DNA from: a virus | Direction: 5' to 3' (one strand) | Length of the DNA: 37,977 nucleotides | IMG/VR virus record: IMGVR_UViG_3300011688_000001 | Location: 1-37,977 of that record | In this document: piece after piece, positions 14,114-25,067 of the stretch | Layout of the letters: every line of letters begins with the position of its first letter | Position numbering within the stretch: position 1 is the first letter of the stretch | Notes under the pieces: generated by a model | The model's input: the letters and a program-made list of their open reading frames with translations, nothing else | Told to the model about the DNA's origin: nothing | Databases searched by the model: none | Translations under genes and position numbers: made by a program

Positions 14114-17100
14114 TTAAGTAGTGACGTTACGCCATTGTGTGACTTTGCCTGTGCTATCGATATTAGTTGGAACTGACCATGCACCCAACCCGCTTAGCGC
14201 TTTAATTACCTTTGATAAGTTAACATATTGGTTTTGCAATACCATATAAATTTCATTACTTGTGTACGCAAAACCCGTCATATTATCTTGATTTCCAAAA
14301 AAAGGAAAGAGATTTCCGTAAAGATTTATCGGTCTGAAACCAAGATTAATGGATGTGCCTTCAATATTTATTGGTTTATTAAACGTCACACGGTCCGAAA
14401 ATATGAAACCATAATTACCACCAAGAGCTGGTTTTCCTTGACGGTACCAAGCTAATTTGTCTATATATGGTCCAGTAGAATTGCCTTCATTTCTGGCAGA
14501 CCATGCCATATAAGCCCCCTCACTTTCCAATCGCATAGATAATCCTGGCTCGCCGTTTAGATATTGCGATATTCCCATACCGCCGATTTTTTTGTTGCTG
14601 TAACTAAAATCCATACCGAAGCCTTGAAAATCAGCTTGAATGTATTGTGTATTAATTTTCATACCAGTGCTCGTGATTTTTGTGCTGCCGTACGCGCCAT
14701 CCCAATTTGTCTCTAGGAACCTAGACACGTTACCAGTAAGTGTATTAACGTCCAGATTTATTATTCTAACTTCATCAGCATCTAAATTACCAACAGTAAT
14801 ATTTGAAGCGTTAATATTTTTGAAGTTACCACCTTTAGCGTAGAAGTCGCCAGTCACCGTTGTATTGCCATCAAGGGTGATTTTTTTACTGATCAATGTC
14901 ATGCCGTTAAGGTCTCCGGCTATGCCACTGGCAAGCGCACCGGCATTGTCAGCAATTCCAATGCTCCAGTTATCCTTTAGTAGGGCTAATTGGGTGGTGC
15001 TTGCCGTACCTGCATACGTAGGACTATATGTCCCTACCTTAGAGCCAATATTAAGCATTGGGCGCCCAACAACGTCATAACCACCTGATGTAGCACCACT
15101 ATGTGCAATAGCAATAGCTACAAAAGCGGTGTTTGCGGGTGAGGTTTGGTTTTCCAACTTGTAAAGTTTCAAACCCGTGTATGAGGCTGTGTTGATGATG
15201 TTTCCCGCTGAGCTGTATCCTATGACTTTCTTTGATGAGTCTAGCCACAAGATGCGTAGGTCTAAGGCCACGGACGTTGTTAGATTAGTCCTACCTGCCA
15301 CGATTGATGCGCTATATTGTTTCCCAGAACTGGCCTGTCTTGGTTCTGAGGCATACCAGCTACCTGAGTCGTACCTTACTAGTTGTGACCCCCCAGCCTC
15401 TGGCCAATCACCAAAGGATGTAGTCAATGACCCTGGCGCTAACTCACTTCCTACGATAGACCCTGTAGTTGGTAATACCTGGTACCAGCCCTTACCAATT
15501 GGGTCAAATTCTGAGTTAGCTACCATGTTGATAGAGTTAACCTGGGCAATAATAGCATCACTAGTCTGTGTAAGCTGGCTTTGCATACCCGTGTTGTAGT
15601 TCGTGATACTACTTGTGGTAAAGTCCTTAGCTTGGGTCAGGGTGTTGGTGTCACCCGTAGCACGGTTACTAATTTCAGTGGTTAGTCCGTTGGCCGTCTG
15701 CGTTTGCTTGCTTTGCAGGTCACTCACGTTGCTTTGTACGGTGCTAATACTACCCTCAGCTGTTTGGACACGCTTAGTTAAGCCTGTTGTTGGGTCTGAT
15801 ACGATACTGCTGATGCTGTCCACCGTTTGGGATACGGTGCTAATCTTGTCGTTGTTGACGTACTGACCGGGCACGTAGTTTCCTACTGTGCCACCTTTTA
15901 CTAGGATAGGCCTGTTAATACCCGCCTTTGTGCCTGCCCCTCTTACGTCAAAACTAAATACTATATAGGTAGCTCCCGTAGGTGGTGTTACCCCTAAGTT
16001 TGACACTGTTCTTTTTTGCCATGACCCTACTGGTGTAGTAGCTAGGTTGACGCTACCTGGATAACTACCACTTATTTCTTTCATAGCGCTATCTAGGTAA
16101 GTTAGTTGGCTATATACCGTCCCACCCGCTGGTAAACCAAAAATATAGTAATTAAAGGTGTATGACACCGTTGTGGTACCAGTTAATGTTATAGGGACAC
16201 TGTTAACACGTAACATACCACCAGCGGTGTTGTTCAATACCATAACATTACCAGCGTAGTCATAATCGCCGGTAGTTACCGTACCAGATGATGGGTTTTG
16301 AATAGACCAACCAGACAAATCAGGTCTAAAGTCTGAGTTGTTAATTAGGTTTACTTGACTAAGTGTGTTAACCTGTCTTGCAACGTCTGACACGCTTTGG
16401 CTAATCTGACCAGCGGTCTGGTTAATCGTGCTAATTTGGCCATCAATCTGGCCCGTCTTTGCGTTGTAGTCTGTTTGGCTAACTTTCTGAGTGATAGCTG
16501 TTGCGTTGGCTGTTATCTTACTTTCAGCACTAGACACACGGGCATCATTTGATGTCTTATAGGCACCAATCGTGCTTGTGGCGCTATCAGCTGTAGATTG
16601 AGCGGTGTTAACCTTTGTGGTGAGGTCACCCGTCTTAGCGTTGTAGTCTGACTGTGATACCTTTTGCGTGATTGCATTGGCATTAACAATAATGTCCGCT
16701 TGCGCCTTGCTGATTCGTCCGTCTGCATCTGTCTTGTAGGTATTTAGGCTAGTTGTAGCTTGGTCGGCCGTTAGTTGTGCTTTGGCAGTCGCAGAGTCAA
16801 CATCTTCGGGGGCCGGTGTATATGAGCTTGCTAAATTGCCCTTTTCAATCTTCAAGTCCCAGATAGTAAAGGTACCAGCCCCGCCTCTTTGAAAGTTACC
16901 CATATAGAGTGACTGGTCAGATGCTGTAGGGATAGTAGCATTAGTGTGTAACTGGATGACAACCCTTTGGTCTGAGCCACTTGGCACTGTTGGTGTTGTT
17001 TTTTGTTGTACAAAGTTGTTACCTGATGCCCCATTGGCAAATAACACACTAGGCGTAACAGGGACACTAAAATTAGCCATAAAGCTAAGCACGTAGTCCG

Positions 17101-19429
17101 TATCAGGTTTATATTTTTCTTTAACAAACCCCCAGAACTGATACACTGCCCAATTTGTTGAGGCTGTAGTATAAGTAAATTGATACTTATACCCACCATC
17201 AAAAGGAACATACTTAGTTGTGTATTGTCCGTTACCTGAGTTAAGGGTACTATAGCTGTTCGTGTTTGTATGCAGTAAAAGGTTACGGCCACCTACTGAT
17301 AAGCTGTTTACCTTCGTAACCGTAGCATCAAAACCATCAGCACGTTGCTGTAGCGTAGTAATTGAGCCATTAGCCTTACCTAAGTCGGTCTGTAAGTTGC
17401 TTACCGTGGTCTTAGTTCCGTTGGCATCACTTTCAATGGTGGTCATACGGGCGTCTTGACTATCATTTTTAGACTTGATAGCCACAATGTCCGTCCTAGC
17501 CTGATTAGCTGTGGTTGTGGTGGTGTTTAGGTCTGTTTGTAGCTGGCCCGTCTTAGTGTCGTACGCTGTTTGTGATACCTTAGTGCTTAACCCGTCTAAG
17601 GCTTGTTGGGCTGTGCTTTGGGCTGTTGTAATCTTGCCATCTGCATCCGTTTTGTTTTGGCTGATTGTACTAGTGATGCTTGACGCTGTATCATCAATCT
17701 TTTTGTTAATGACCCCATCAGCAGTTGTAGCAGCGTTAATAGCATCCGTTTTAGCCGTGTCCGCGTAACCCTTAGCCTTTGTATCAAGTGCTGATACTGC
17801 GTTAGCCCTATCTGTTACCTCTTTGTTAAGGTTTTTTGTTAAGTCTGTTTTGGCTGTTGCTAAAGCATCCTGTGCGTCCTTAGCTGTTTGCGTAGCTGTG
17901 GCCAAAGTGTCGGCCTTGGCGTCTGCAAGTGCCTTGTTCGCGTAACCCTTAGCCTTGGTGTCTAGCTCAGCCTGTTGTGCTGTTAGGTCGGCTTGCTTGG
18001 CTTGTACGTCATCTAACACTGCGTTAACCTGTGCTACGTTGTCGGCCACTAGTTGGTCACTGTATGCCTTCCCTGATTCCAGAGCATCGCTCACGCGTTG
18101 CTTGATTTGATCAGCAGACATCGAGTCTAATATCTTGACCCAACTGAACATGCCTGTATCGTTGTTGAACATGTAGCGATACATAATACTGTTTTCGCCA
18201 TCTTTGACGAAAGCTGTATCGTTTTCATTTGGATTAGTTGGCCATGGATCACTACTGTTGAGATAATAAATGGTCGACTTACCGTCTGCACTTTGTAGCG
18301 CAACCAATGCTTGATTTAATGCTTTGTTGGCATTCTCGTCAGCTGTTGTTGCTAATTCTGAAATGCTTTCAGTTAGTGATGCCCGTCTAGCTCCAATTTC
18401 AAACTTGTCGTAATCATCTGACAAGACATTCCAAACAGCTTTGATAACTTTTGCCGATGTTGTAATCCCAAGCTTTTCAAAGTAAACGTTAACCGTGTCG
18501 CCTAGATCAATATCTTCTGAAAAACCACCCGTTGCTCTTGATAAATCGACAGTCGATATTTTCATATTGACTTTAGGCACACCGATGTTGTTTGACTGGA
18601 TATACGATAGCGCATAATTTCTAAGCTTAGTTTCTGAATAATCAGCAACATCTTTGAACTTGTTTGATAAATCCAACATCAAGACTTTTGGGTTAGGATA
18701 CTTTCCAACAAATTCACTATCAACCGTTCGCTCTGGAAGAAAATGGGTTTTATTCCCATCATCGCCAGAATTTTCTTGATAGTACGGATAGACAGATGTG
18801 TACGTATCTGCAATATTAGTATCTTGCTCAAACGAGATAAGGTTTCGACCATATGCAATGATCGCATTAGCAGACTTACCACGCTGTTTTAACAGTCGGA
18901 TATGCCAGTTATCAAATTGATACTCACCACCCCACACATCAAGAATTGATCCAGTGTGACCACCTAACCCCTGTCGAGCTGTTTCAAATTCTGGCGCACC
19001 AATCAATGTCGAATTGGTAGTTAAGATGTCAGAATCAACTGTGAAATCAACAGCTGGTACTAGCATTCTTTTCCAATTCTCAAGCGCTGTCTTCGCATCC
19101 CCAGAAATAGTCCCAACCGGTGCTAAAGCAACATCAAGTGTCGCATAGCTGACGTGTTCTGCATAAACAGTCATCGTCAAATCAATCTTGCGCACAATTT
19201 GACGAATAATGAACCCTTGCCGTTTTAAAATATGACCTGAATTAACAACGATGATGCGATTTTCTTTAATCAAATCAGCGTTGTTTCCAGAAACCGGATA
19301 GTCCATTTCAAAAATGAATTGGCCATTTAATTCTTCAGTTGTCGTTGCTTGAATAGCATCTGACAATAACCCCAAACCGAGTGTCGAGAAGTCTCGTGTA
19401 CCTTTTTCAAAAATAATTGGACTACTCAT
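14114..19429 (-). CDS. Tail-associated lysin-like / receptor-binding tail protein (1771 aa)
   Basis: Prophage-tail (Tal) type N-terminus after Dit. Long Ala/Thr/Gln coiled-coil repeats. Two jelly-roll/CBM-like segments beginning NLINNSDFRPDLSGW and NMVANSEFDPIGKGW. Confidence 0.8.
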   Translation of the reverse strand: MSSPIIFEKGTRDFSTLGLGLLSDAIQATTTEELNGQFIFEMDYPVSGNNADLIKENRIIVVNSGHILKRQGFIIRQIVRKIDLTMTVYAEHVSYATLDVALAPVGTISGDAKTALENWKRMLVPAVDFTVDSDILTTNSTLIGAPEFETARQGLGGHTGSILDVWGGEYQFDNWHIRLLKQRGKSANAIIAYGRNLISFEQDTNIADTYTSVYPYYQENSGDDGNKTHFLPERTVDSEFVGKYPNPKVLMLDLSNKFKDVADYSETKLRNYALSYIQSNNIGVPKVNMKISTVDLSRATGGFSEDIDLGDTVNVYFEKLGITTSAKVIKAVWNVLSDDYDKFEIGARRASLTESISELATTADENANKALNQALVALQSADGKSTIYYLNSSDPWPTNPNENDTAFVKDGENSIMYRYMFNNDTGMFSWVKILDSMSADQIKQRVSDALESGKAYSDQLVADNVAQVNAVLDDVQAKQADLTAQQAELDTKAKGYANKALADAKADTLATATQTAKDAQDALATAKTDLTKNLNKEVTDRANAVSALDTKAKGYADTAKTDAINAATTADGVINKKIDDTASSITSTISQNKTDADGKITTAQSTAQQALDGLSTKVSQTAYDTKTGQLQTDLNTTTTTANQARTDIVAIKSKNDSQDARMTTIESDANGTKTTVSNLQTDLGKANGSITTLQQRADGFDATVTKVNSLSVGGRNLLLHTNTNSYSTLNSGNGQYTTKYVPFDGGYKYQFTYTTASTNWAVYQFWGFVKEKYKPDTDYVLSFMANFSVPVTPSVLFANGASGNNFVQQKTTPTVPSGSDQRVVIQLHTNATIPTASDQSLYMGNFQRGGAGTFTIWDLKIEKGNLASSYTPAPEDVDSATAKAQLTADQATTSLNTYKTDADGRISKAQADIIVNANAITQKVSQSDYNAKTGDLTTKVNTAQSTADSATSTIGAYKTSNDARVSSAESKITANATAITQKVSQTDYNAKTGQIDGQISTINQTAGQISQSVSDVARQVNTLSQVNLINNSDFRPDLSGWSIQNPSSGTVTTGDYDYAGNVMVLNNTAGGMLRVNSVPITLTGTTTVSYTFNYYIFGLPAGGTVYSQLTYLDSAMKEISGSYPGSVNLATTPVGSWQKRTVSNLGVTPPTGATYIVFSFDVRGAGTKAGINRPILVKGGTVGNYVPGQYVNNDKISTVSQTVDSISSIVSDPTTGLTKRVQTAEGSISTVQSNVSDLQSKQTQTANGLTTEISNRATGDTNTLTQAKDFTTSSITNYNTGMQSQLTQTSDAIIAQVNSINMVANSEFDPIGKGWYQVLPTTGSIVGSELAPGSLTTSFGDWPEAGGSQLVRYDSGSWYASEPRQASSGKQYSASIVAGRTNLTTSVALDLRILWLDSSKKVIGYSSAGNIINTASYTGLKLYKLENQTSPANTAFVAIAIAHSGATSGGYDVVGRPMLNIGSKVGTYSPTYAGTASTTQLALLKDNWSIGIADNAGALASGIAGDLNGMTLISKKITLDGNTTVTGDFYAKGGNFKNINASNITVGNLDADEVRIINLDVNTLTGNVSRFLETNWDGAYGSTKITSTGMKINTQYIQADFQGFGMDFSYSNKKIGGMGISQYLNGEPGLSMRLESEGAYMAWSARNEGNSTGPYIDKLAWYRQGKPALGGNYGFIFSDRVTFNKPINIEGTSINLGFRPINLYGNLFPFFGNQDNMTGFAYTSNEIYMVLQNQYVNLSKVIKALSGLGAWSVPTNIDSTGKVTQWRNVTT

Positions 19430-20157
19430 ACTAATACCCCCCAGTTTGGAATGATCGACATGCTAAAGCCTGCCGGAAACGTGATTTTATTGTCCCCTGG
19501 CACTAAAGTTGGAAAGGGGTACGTCAATACCTGGCTATATGCTGGTAAGCCATCATTAAGTGAGATAGCCGACTGATTTTGAACATCGATCACAATGCCT
19601 TTTGTGACATTTTGCAAACGAAAAGCGGTTGAACCAAAGTTAAAGGTTCCCCCGCCTGTGCCGTTAATTGTTATTTTTGGCAAGCTCTCAATCGCATACG
19701 GATTAACAAGTGTTAACCCAGTTGTTACTGCCACCGAATTTCGGCCAGTGTTTAAAAACTTTACCGGATGAACAATGAATGAAATCGTTCCAGTTGCTCG
19801 ATTTGGTGACTCACGATCAAAGTTTAATGAGCTTGTTATTGCTGCACGATAGGTATAATCAGGATCACCATCAAACGTTAAATCCTGCCAACCCTTCGCA
19901 CCGTTCAACCAGTTTGAAATGCTGTTTAATTGTGCCTCAATGCTAGGATAACTTGCTAGTTTTATAATGACAAAATCAAAGTCACGACCAATCGTCTTAT
20001 ACCGACCACGGTCAATCAGAAGTGATCCGTTACGCCCAGGCACCTCAATTTCATCATAATCACGCTCTGGTGTTTCAAATGTTATTTTGGCAAGCAATCG
20101 CATGCCGTAAGTATTTGATGATTTACCAGCAAACGTTACAACGCCTTGTGCCATCAT
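19426..20157 (-). CDS. Distal tail protein (Dit)
   Basis: 243 aa, between the tape measure and Tal genes, with overlapping stop/start codons. Confidence 0.7.
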   Translation of the reverse strand: MMAQGVVTFAGKSSNTYGMRLLAKITFETPERDYDEIEVPGRNGSLLIDRGRYKTIGRDFDFVIIKLASYPSIEAQLNSISNWLNGAKGWQDLTFDGDPDYTYRAAITSSLNFDRESPNRATGTISFIVHPVKFLNTGRNSVAVTTGLTLVNPYAIESLPKITINGTGGGTFNFGSTAFRLQNVTKGIVIDVQNQSAISLNDGLPAYSQVLTYPFPTLVPGDNKITFPAGFSMSIIPNWGVLV

Positions 20158-23100
20158 GCCATCGCCCCTCTCCTGTTGATATTATCTTGCCATCCCAAGT
20201 CTTCAAGTGTCTTTTGGATGTCATCTTTTCCGTTCCACACAACTTGACCGAACGTAATGTTTTGTACATGTGTTTGTGTGCTTGAGTTAGTTGTATTGAT
20301 TGCGTTGGCCTGTGCGCCACCCGCTGATGCAATAGAGCCTTCAGCTGTGAACTTTCCACCAAGCAATGCTGATACTTGCGGTGAGACATTGAAAGCATCT
20401 TGAACTGAACCAGCGATGTCGGCATCTTGAACAGCTGAAATAGCTGAATCAACCATGTTACTCATCGCATTAACAACCGTGTTGGCATTGTTATCAATTC
20501 CAGTAGCCACAACATCTGATATTTGTCCTGCAAATGATGATACTGACGTCTTAACATCAGAAAAGTGATCTTCTAATGCATTACCAAACCCAGTCATGAT
20601 TGCTTTACCGGCTGGTATCAATAACTTTTTATCGTAACTAATTGGGCCTTTATGTTGCTTGATCCACGAAGCGATGCCACCAACGAATGATGTGATGCTA
20701 CCCCACATGCTTTGTAAACCACCCAAAAAACTTTGCATAATAGCGGCACCAGCTCTGAATAAGCTGATACTTTGAATACCCCGCATAACGGCATTTGAAG
20801 CTCCGCTACCAGAACTTTGAGCTTGTCCAAAACCGTTCATAATTCCTTGCACAAATATTGATAGTAACTGTCTACCAGACCCCATAACTTGGCCGAGTGC
20901 ATTGCCAACCCCATAAACGAACTTAAATACAGCTTGTAATGCTATAGAAGTTAATTGTGGCATTGCGTTGACAATTCCCATAACAAATTTTGCTATTAAA
21001 TCAATTCCAGCTTGGATAATTCGCCCTAAATTGTTAGCGATACCGTTGATGAATGACAAGATAACATTAACACCAGAATCAATAATTCTAGGCATTTGTT
21101 GCGCGATACCGTTCAACAAACTAATCAAGAAATCCGCACCAGCTTTAACAAAATTAGGCATGTTATCAGTTAATGACTGAAGTATAGCAATCACCATATT
21201 GGTAAACGCTGCAATCAACGTTGGCGCATTGGTTGCTACCGCTGTCATCATAGCAACCAACATATTCGTTACAGCTATTGAAATAGGCTGAATATTATTT
21301 GTAATTGTATTTAGGAAACTCAAAATAATTTGAATGAATTGTTGCGTGATAATAGGTGTATAAACCACAAGTTGAGCTAGGAAGCTAACCAACATGTTCA
21401 ATAAACTTGCTGAAATTATCGGCATGTTATCTGCTAGTGTAGTCACAAAACCTGTAAGCATCTCAGCAAATCCAATACCGACAACTGCCATAGTATTGAT
21501 TATTTGTGAAAAACTTAGATTTGTGTTGTCTATTGCTGTTATCAACGCTGACAAACCAAATGAAGCGATACCTATTCCGATTCCTATTGCTAGAATAGCA
21601 GCACCGAAAACACCGATCCCAACAGCACCGGCTGTCAATACTGGACTCAGCAGTGCAAATGCACCAGCTATACTAACAATTGCTAGAACCATTGCACCGA
21701 TAACTAATAATCCATCGCTTCCGGTCTTTGCTAATGAAGAAAAACCAAATGCCATAATTCCTAAACCGGTAGCGGCAATGCCAACACCAGCGCCTATTTC
21801 TAGAATTGCAGTTGCGATTCCCATCAATTTAGGGCTAGCACCCCCTGCTTTTTTGCCAATTCCCCCAACACCGTTTTTAACAGCTTCAAGCGGACTTGCC
21901 GTTTTGGAAAGAACATCTTGTGCAGACTTCAACCCGTTTTTAAACTTCGAAATTCCAGCGATAACTACTCCTACACCCATAGCACCGCCAAGAAATCCAA
22001 AAACCGCCTTTAATCCGGCCAGTCCACCAGTTGTTTTTGGAACTTGAGTTGCAAGATCCCCCAGTTTCTTAACTAATTTGTCAACAAAGTCATGAAACGG
22101 TTTGATGTTTACATATGCTTCATAAAACGCAGTTGCAAGCAATACAATCATTGCAAGAATTGGATGCTTGTAAATCGCTCCCAGAACTGTTGAAATACCG
22201 CTTGCTGCTTTAACAAATGCGGTGACCCCAATACTAGCAGCGATAAATCCCCCACCAAGACCAGCAATCAATGGCGCTAAGTTTTTAACAACAGGGTAAA
22301 GCTTTTTAAATATATCAATAATAATCGGTATGGTTGTTTGAATAACTTTATTTATGACAGCAAACGATGAAATAATAGCTCGTTTGGCTTGGTCAAATAT
22401 ACCAGCAATACCATTGACAATTCCGGCATTTTTTAATCCGTTATCAATGGCTGTCAGCATATTTGTTAACCCATTGACAACGGCATTCTTCATGTTCGTA
22501 AATGAAGTTCCAATACCACCAGATGCTGTACGTGCTGTGTTTGCAAATCCGTTCACACCACCATCAAGCTCAACAAACCGTGCGTTTAATTGATCGACAG
22601 TAATCTGACCAGATTTCAACTTAGCGTACAGATCACGTTCAGCGCTCTTCCCCGTTAAACCAAACGAGTTAGCAACTTTGGTCAAGGCATAAGGCATTGT
22701 TTCTTGCAAAGTACGCCATGACTGCAAGTCAACTGTGCCACTTGCTAACATTTGTGAGTATTGCTCAACACCACGAGAAGCATCCCCAGCACTAGCACCA
22801 GATGCAAGAAAAGCATCATTTAAGGCAGTTGCCGTTTCAGCCCCCTTTGTAGCGCTCTTTTCTAGGATTGCAAATCCCTGCGCACTTTTGGTCAAGTCTT
22901 GCAATGATGTCGGTAGTCCGTCAACACCCTTTTTAAGGATCCCGACAGACTTGGTTACATCATCGGTTGAGTAGCCCATTTGAGCCATAACCTTTGGATA
23001 GGCATTCAAGGTATCAAACCGTGCTACTGCACCACCAAGACTGCTCTTCATGGCATTAATACCACCAGTAACGACTGCCATTGCAGCGCCTGCGACAGTC

Positions 23101-23258
23101 CCAAACAGTGCGCTACTCTTTACCATCGAACCAAAGCCGCCATTTGACTTTTCTGCCGCTGGTCCAAGACCAAACAACGACTTCTTTACTTTCTCAGTTT
23201 CGCCGATAGCCTGCGATCCATTAGCATCAATATCAATAACAACTCTGCCATCAGCCAT
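20154..23258 (-). CDS. Tape measure protein
   Basis: 1034 aa, Gly/Ala-rich with hydrophobic central segments. Canonical position. Confidence 0.85.
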   Translation of the reverse strand: MADGRVVIDIDANGSQAIGETEKVKKSLFGLGPAAEKSNGGFGSMVKSSALFGTVAGAAMAVVTGGINAMKSSLGGAVARFDTLNAYPKVMAQMGYSTDDVTKSVGILKKGVDGLPTSLQDLTKSAQGFAILEKSATKGAETATALNDAFLASGASAGDASRGVEQYSQMLASGTVDLQSWRTLQETMPYALTKVANSFGLTGKSAERDLYAKLKSGQITVDQLNARFVELDGGVNGFANTARTASGGIGTSFTNMKNAVVNGLTNMLTAIDNGLKNAGIVNGIAGIFDQAKRAIISSFAVINKVIQTTIPIIIDIFKKLYPVVKNLAPLIAGLGGGFIAASIGVTAFVKAASGISTVLGAIYKHPILAMIVLLATAFYEAYVNIKPFHDFVDKLVKKLGDLATQVPKTTGGLAGLKAVFGFLGGAMGVGVVIAGISKFKNGLKSAQDVLSKTASPLEAVKNGVGGIGKKAGGASPKLMGIATAILEIGAGVGIAATGLGIMAFGFSSLAKTGSDGLLVIGAMVLAIVSIAGAFALLSPVLTAGAVGIGVFGAAILAIGIGIGIASFGLSALITAIDNTNLSFSQIINTMAVVGIGFAEMLTGFVTTLADNMPIISASLLNMLVSFLAQLVVYTPIITQQFIQIILSFLNTITNNIQPISIAVTNMLVAMMTAVATNAPTLIAAFTNMVIAILQSLTDNMPNFVKAGADFLISLLNGIAQQMPRIIDSGVNVILSFINGIANNLGRIIQAGIDLIAKFVMGIVNAMPQLTSIALQAVFKFVYGVGNALGQVMGSGRQLLSIFVQGIMNGFGQAQSSGSGASNAVMRGIQSISLFRAGAAIMQSFLGGLQSMWGSITSFVGGIASWIKQHKGPISYDKKLLIPAGKAIMTGFGNALEDHFSDVKTSVSSFAGQISDVVATGIDNNANTVVNAMSNMVDSAISAVQDADIAGSVQDAFNVSPQVSALLGGKFTAEGSIASAGGAQANAINTTNSSTQTHVQNITFGQVVWNGKDDIQKTLEDLGWQDNINRRGAMA

Positions 23259-23820
23259 AATCTCCCTCCTCTCTTAGCGCCACACGACGCTTTAATTTCT
23301 GCATCTTCTCCTTGTACTCAGCCGAGTCATGCTTGCTAGGCTGATAGTTTCGTATTTCTCGAATGCGAGATAATGGGGTCTCACTGGATAGATTATTTAA
23401 AAGCGCGATAAACTTTTTCCAGTGCATCTTTCCTTGTTGTTCAAAAAGGTCGATTTTGTAATCAAATAAAAAAGATGCAAATATTAAATCTGCATCTTGC
23501 TTTAAATCGAAATCTTTTTCTTGTTCACTTGGTCCGTTCGGCATGGGATTACCAGCTAAATCATACGAAACATCATCGTCGGATGTACTATTAATCGCTT
23601 GTTTGAACACTGCTTCGAAAATATCTTGCTTAGTCTGCCAATCAACCTCAATATCATGACCAATCAATAAAATGATTGCGCCGTTCAATTTTTCAAACTC
23701 TGTTAATTCGTCATCGGCTAACATATCAAACAACGTTAATACATTATCGAATGACATATTTAATTCATACTGGTGTCCGTCAAACGCAATAATGTCAGTC
23801 AGTTGCTCATTTAACCTCAT
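23251..23820 (-). CDS. Gp15-like tail assembly protein
   Basis: 189 aa, acidic, immediately upstream of the tape measure gene. Confidence 0.5.
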   Translation of the reverse strand: MRLNEQLTDIIAFDGHQYELNMSFDNVLTLFDMLADDELTEFEKLNGAIILLIGHDIEVDWQTKQDIFEAVFKQAINSTSDDDVSYDLAGNPMPNGPSEQEKDFDLKQDADLIFASFLFDYKIDLFEQQGKMHWKKFIALLNNLSSETPLSRIREIRNYQPSKHDSAEYKEKMQKLKRRVALREEGDYG

Positions 23821-23821
23821 A

Positions 23822-24160
23822 CTACTTGATGTACTTATCCAAGCCTGATCGCTTATTCATTTCAGTATGAACGCCATCAATAGCTTGTGCGAATGCACCC
23901 ATTGTAATCGCCATGCTGCCTGTATAATCGTATACCTTACGAAATACACCAGTTTCAAAGGCTTCATCCATAATGGGTTCAATAATGACCATCACTTGTT
24001 CAAAGGTTGCATTATCATCAATTTCTGCAATCTTTTTTTGAGCACCTAGGAATACTTTCTTGATACGGTCAAGTCCTGAATCGGTTGCATCAACTTCAAA
24101 TGTTACTGGACCCAATTCAACCGGTACTGTTTGCTTGTTATTTAGCTTAATTTTGATCAT
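23822..24160 (-). CDS. Tail assembly chaperone
   Basis: Lies between the major tail and Gp15-like genes. SD AAGAAAGAGG before the ATG at 24160. Confidence 0.5.
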   Translation of the reverse strand: MIKIKLNNKQTVPVELGPVTFEVDATDSGLDRIKKVFLGAQKKIAEIDDNATFEQVMVIIEPIMDEAFETGVFRKVYDYTGSMAITMGAFAQAIDGVHTEMNKRSGLDKYIK

Positions 24161-24201
24161 GTTATTTCCTCTTTCTTGTATGTACGGCGAAAACGCCAAA
24201 G

Positions 24202-24669
24202 TTATGCAGCAGGTGTCGTAGACTTAGTAATCGTTGGGCTCTTGATGTACGTTACAGTTGCCTTAAATGCTTCCCATTCCGTAGCATCACCATCACCGGC
24301 AACGATTTCAGAAACAACAGCCACACCAGTCCATGTTTCATCACCAGCGGCTGAAATCACCTTAAACCAAACCTTACGGTCATCACCCACCTTAGTACGC
24401 ATGTCAGCTACCATTTTTTGTGCGGGGTCTTCGTTGTCGTATGACCCTTCAAATGAGTAGCCTAACGTTACCGAGTTAACGACCTTTTCAGGCGTGCCAT
24501 CGCCGTCATAGTACCCATCGTCTGATGTATCTTCATCCGATGCGTCACTGACAGTTGCGATCCACTTTGCTAGTGGTAAGAATGACTCCTCTGTACTTGG
24601 TGCGGTTGTATCACCCTTTTTCCATGGGGCGATAAAGTGTTGACGTAACGCGTTTTTTGATTTTGACAT
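24202..24669 (-). CDS. Major tail protein
   Basis: 155 aa. Position after the head-tail joining genes. Confidence 0.6.
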   Translation of the reverse strand: MSKSKNALRQHFIAPWKKGDTTAPSTEESFLPLAKWIATVSDASDEDTSDDGYYDGDGTPEKVVNSVTLGYSFEGSYDNEDPAQKMVADMRTKVGDDRKVWFKVISAAGDETWTGVAVVSEIVAGDGDATEWEAFKATVTYIKSPTITKSTTPAA

Positions 24670-25067
24670 TAGTTATTCTCCTTTTTATCAATTATTGTTG
24701 CGGTTAAACTCAACTTATGTGTGAACATACCTTGTTCATCACGTTCATCTAGGTACGGCTTATCGACCTTTAGCTCCTCAAAGTCATAAGAGCCATTACC
24801 ACTCTTGATTACAGTGTGAAAATCACTTAAATACTCATTGATTGTCCACATTTGAGCGATAGCAATCTCATTATCCTGATGCTGAATTGCAATTTCGTAG
24901 TTCAAATTACTTTCAACATCGCCATTCATGAAACCGCTAGTAATACTGCCACCTGGTAATGAATAGATAGCGATCATTGGCTCATCACTCAGATAACCCA
25001 CTCGAACAGGCAAGGCTGTCAATGCTTTAATTCTATTTTTAAGTTGCTCAACAAAATCGTTTGCCAT
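24669..25067 (-). CDS. Head-tail joining / tail completion protein
   Basis: Synteny only. Confidence 0.45.
   Translation of the reverse strand: MANDFVEQLKNRIKALTALPVRVGYLSDEPMIAIYSLPGGSITSGFMNGDVESNLNYEIAIQHQDNEIAIAQMWTINEYLSDFHTVIKSGNGSYDFEELKVDKPYLDERDEQGMFTHKLSLTATIIDKKENN

Noticed and set aside
21394-22047. 217-aa plus-strand ORF. Similar antisense ORFs occur elsewhere, e.g. 15177-15599, 16852-17292, 22354-22593 and 26982-27365.
   Set aside because: These are shadow ORFs antisense or out of frame within the tape-measure, tail and capsid genes. They are Pro/Ile/Ala-rich mirror translations of Gly/Ala-rich coding sequence and have no SD.
23815-23880. Expected gpG/gpGT-type programmed -1 frameshift between the two tail-chaperone genes.
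   Set aside because: The downstream gene has its own ATG 2 nt after the upstream stop and lies in the +1, not -1, frame. No heptanucleotide slippery site is visible in the short window where both frames are open.
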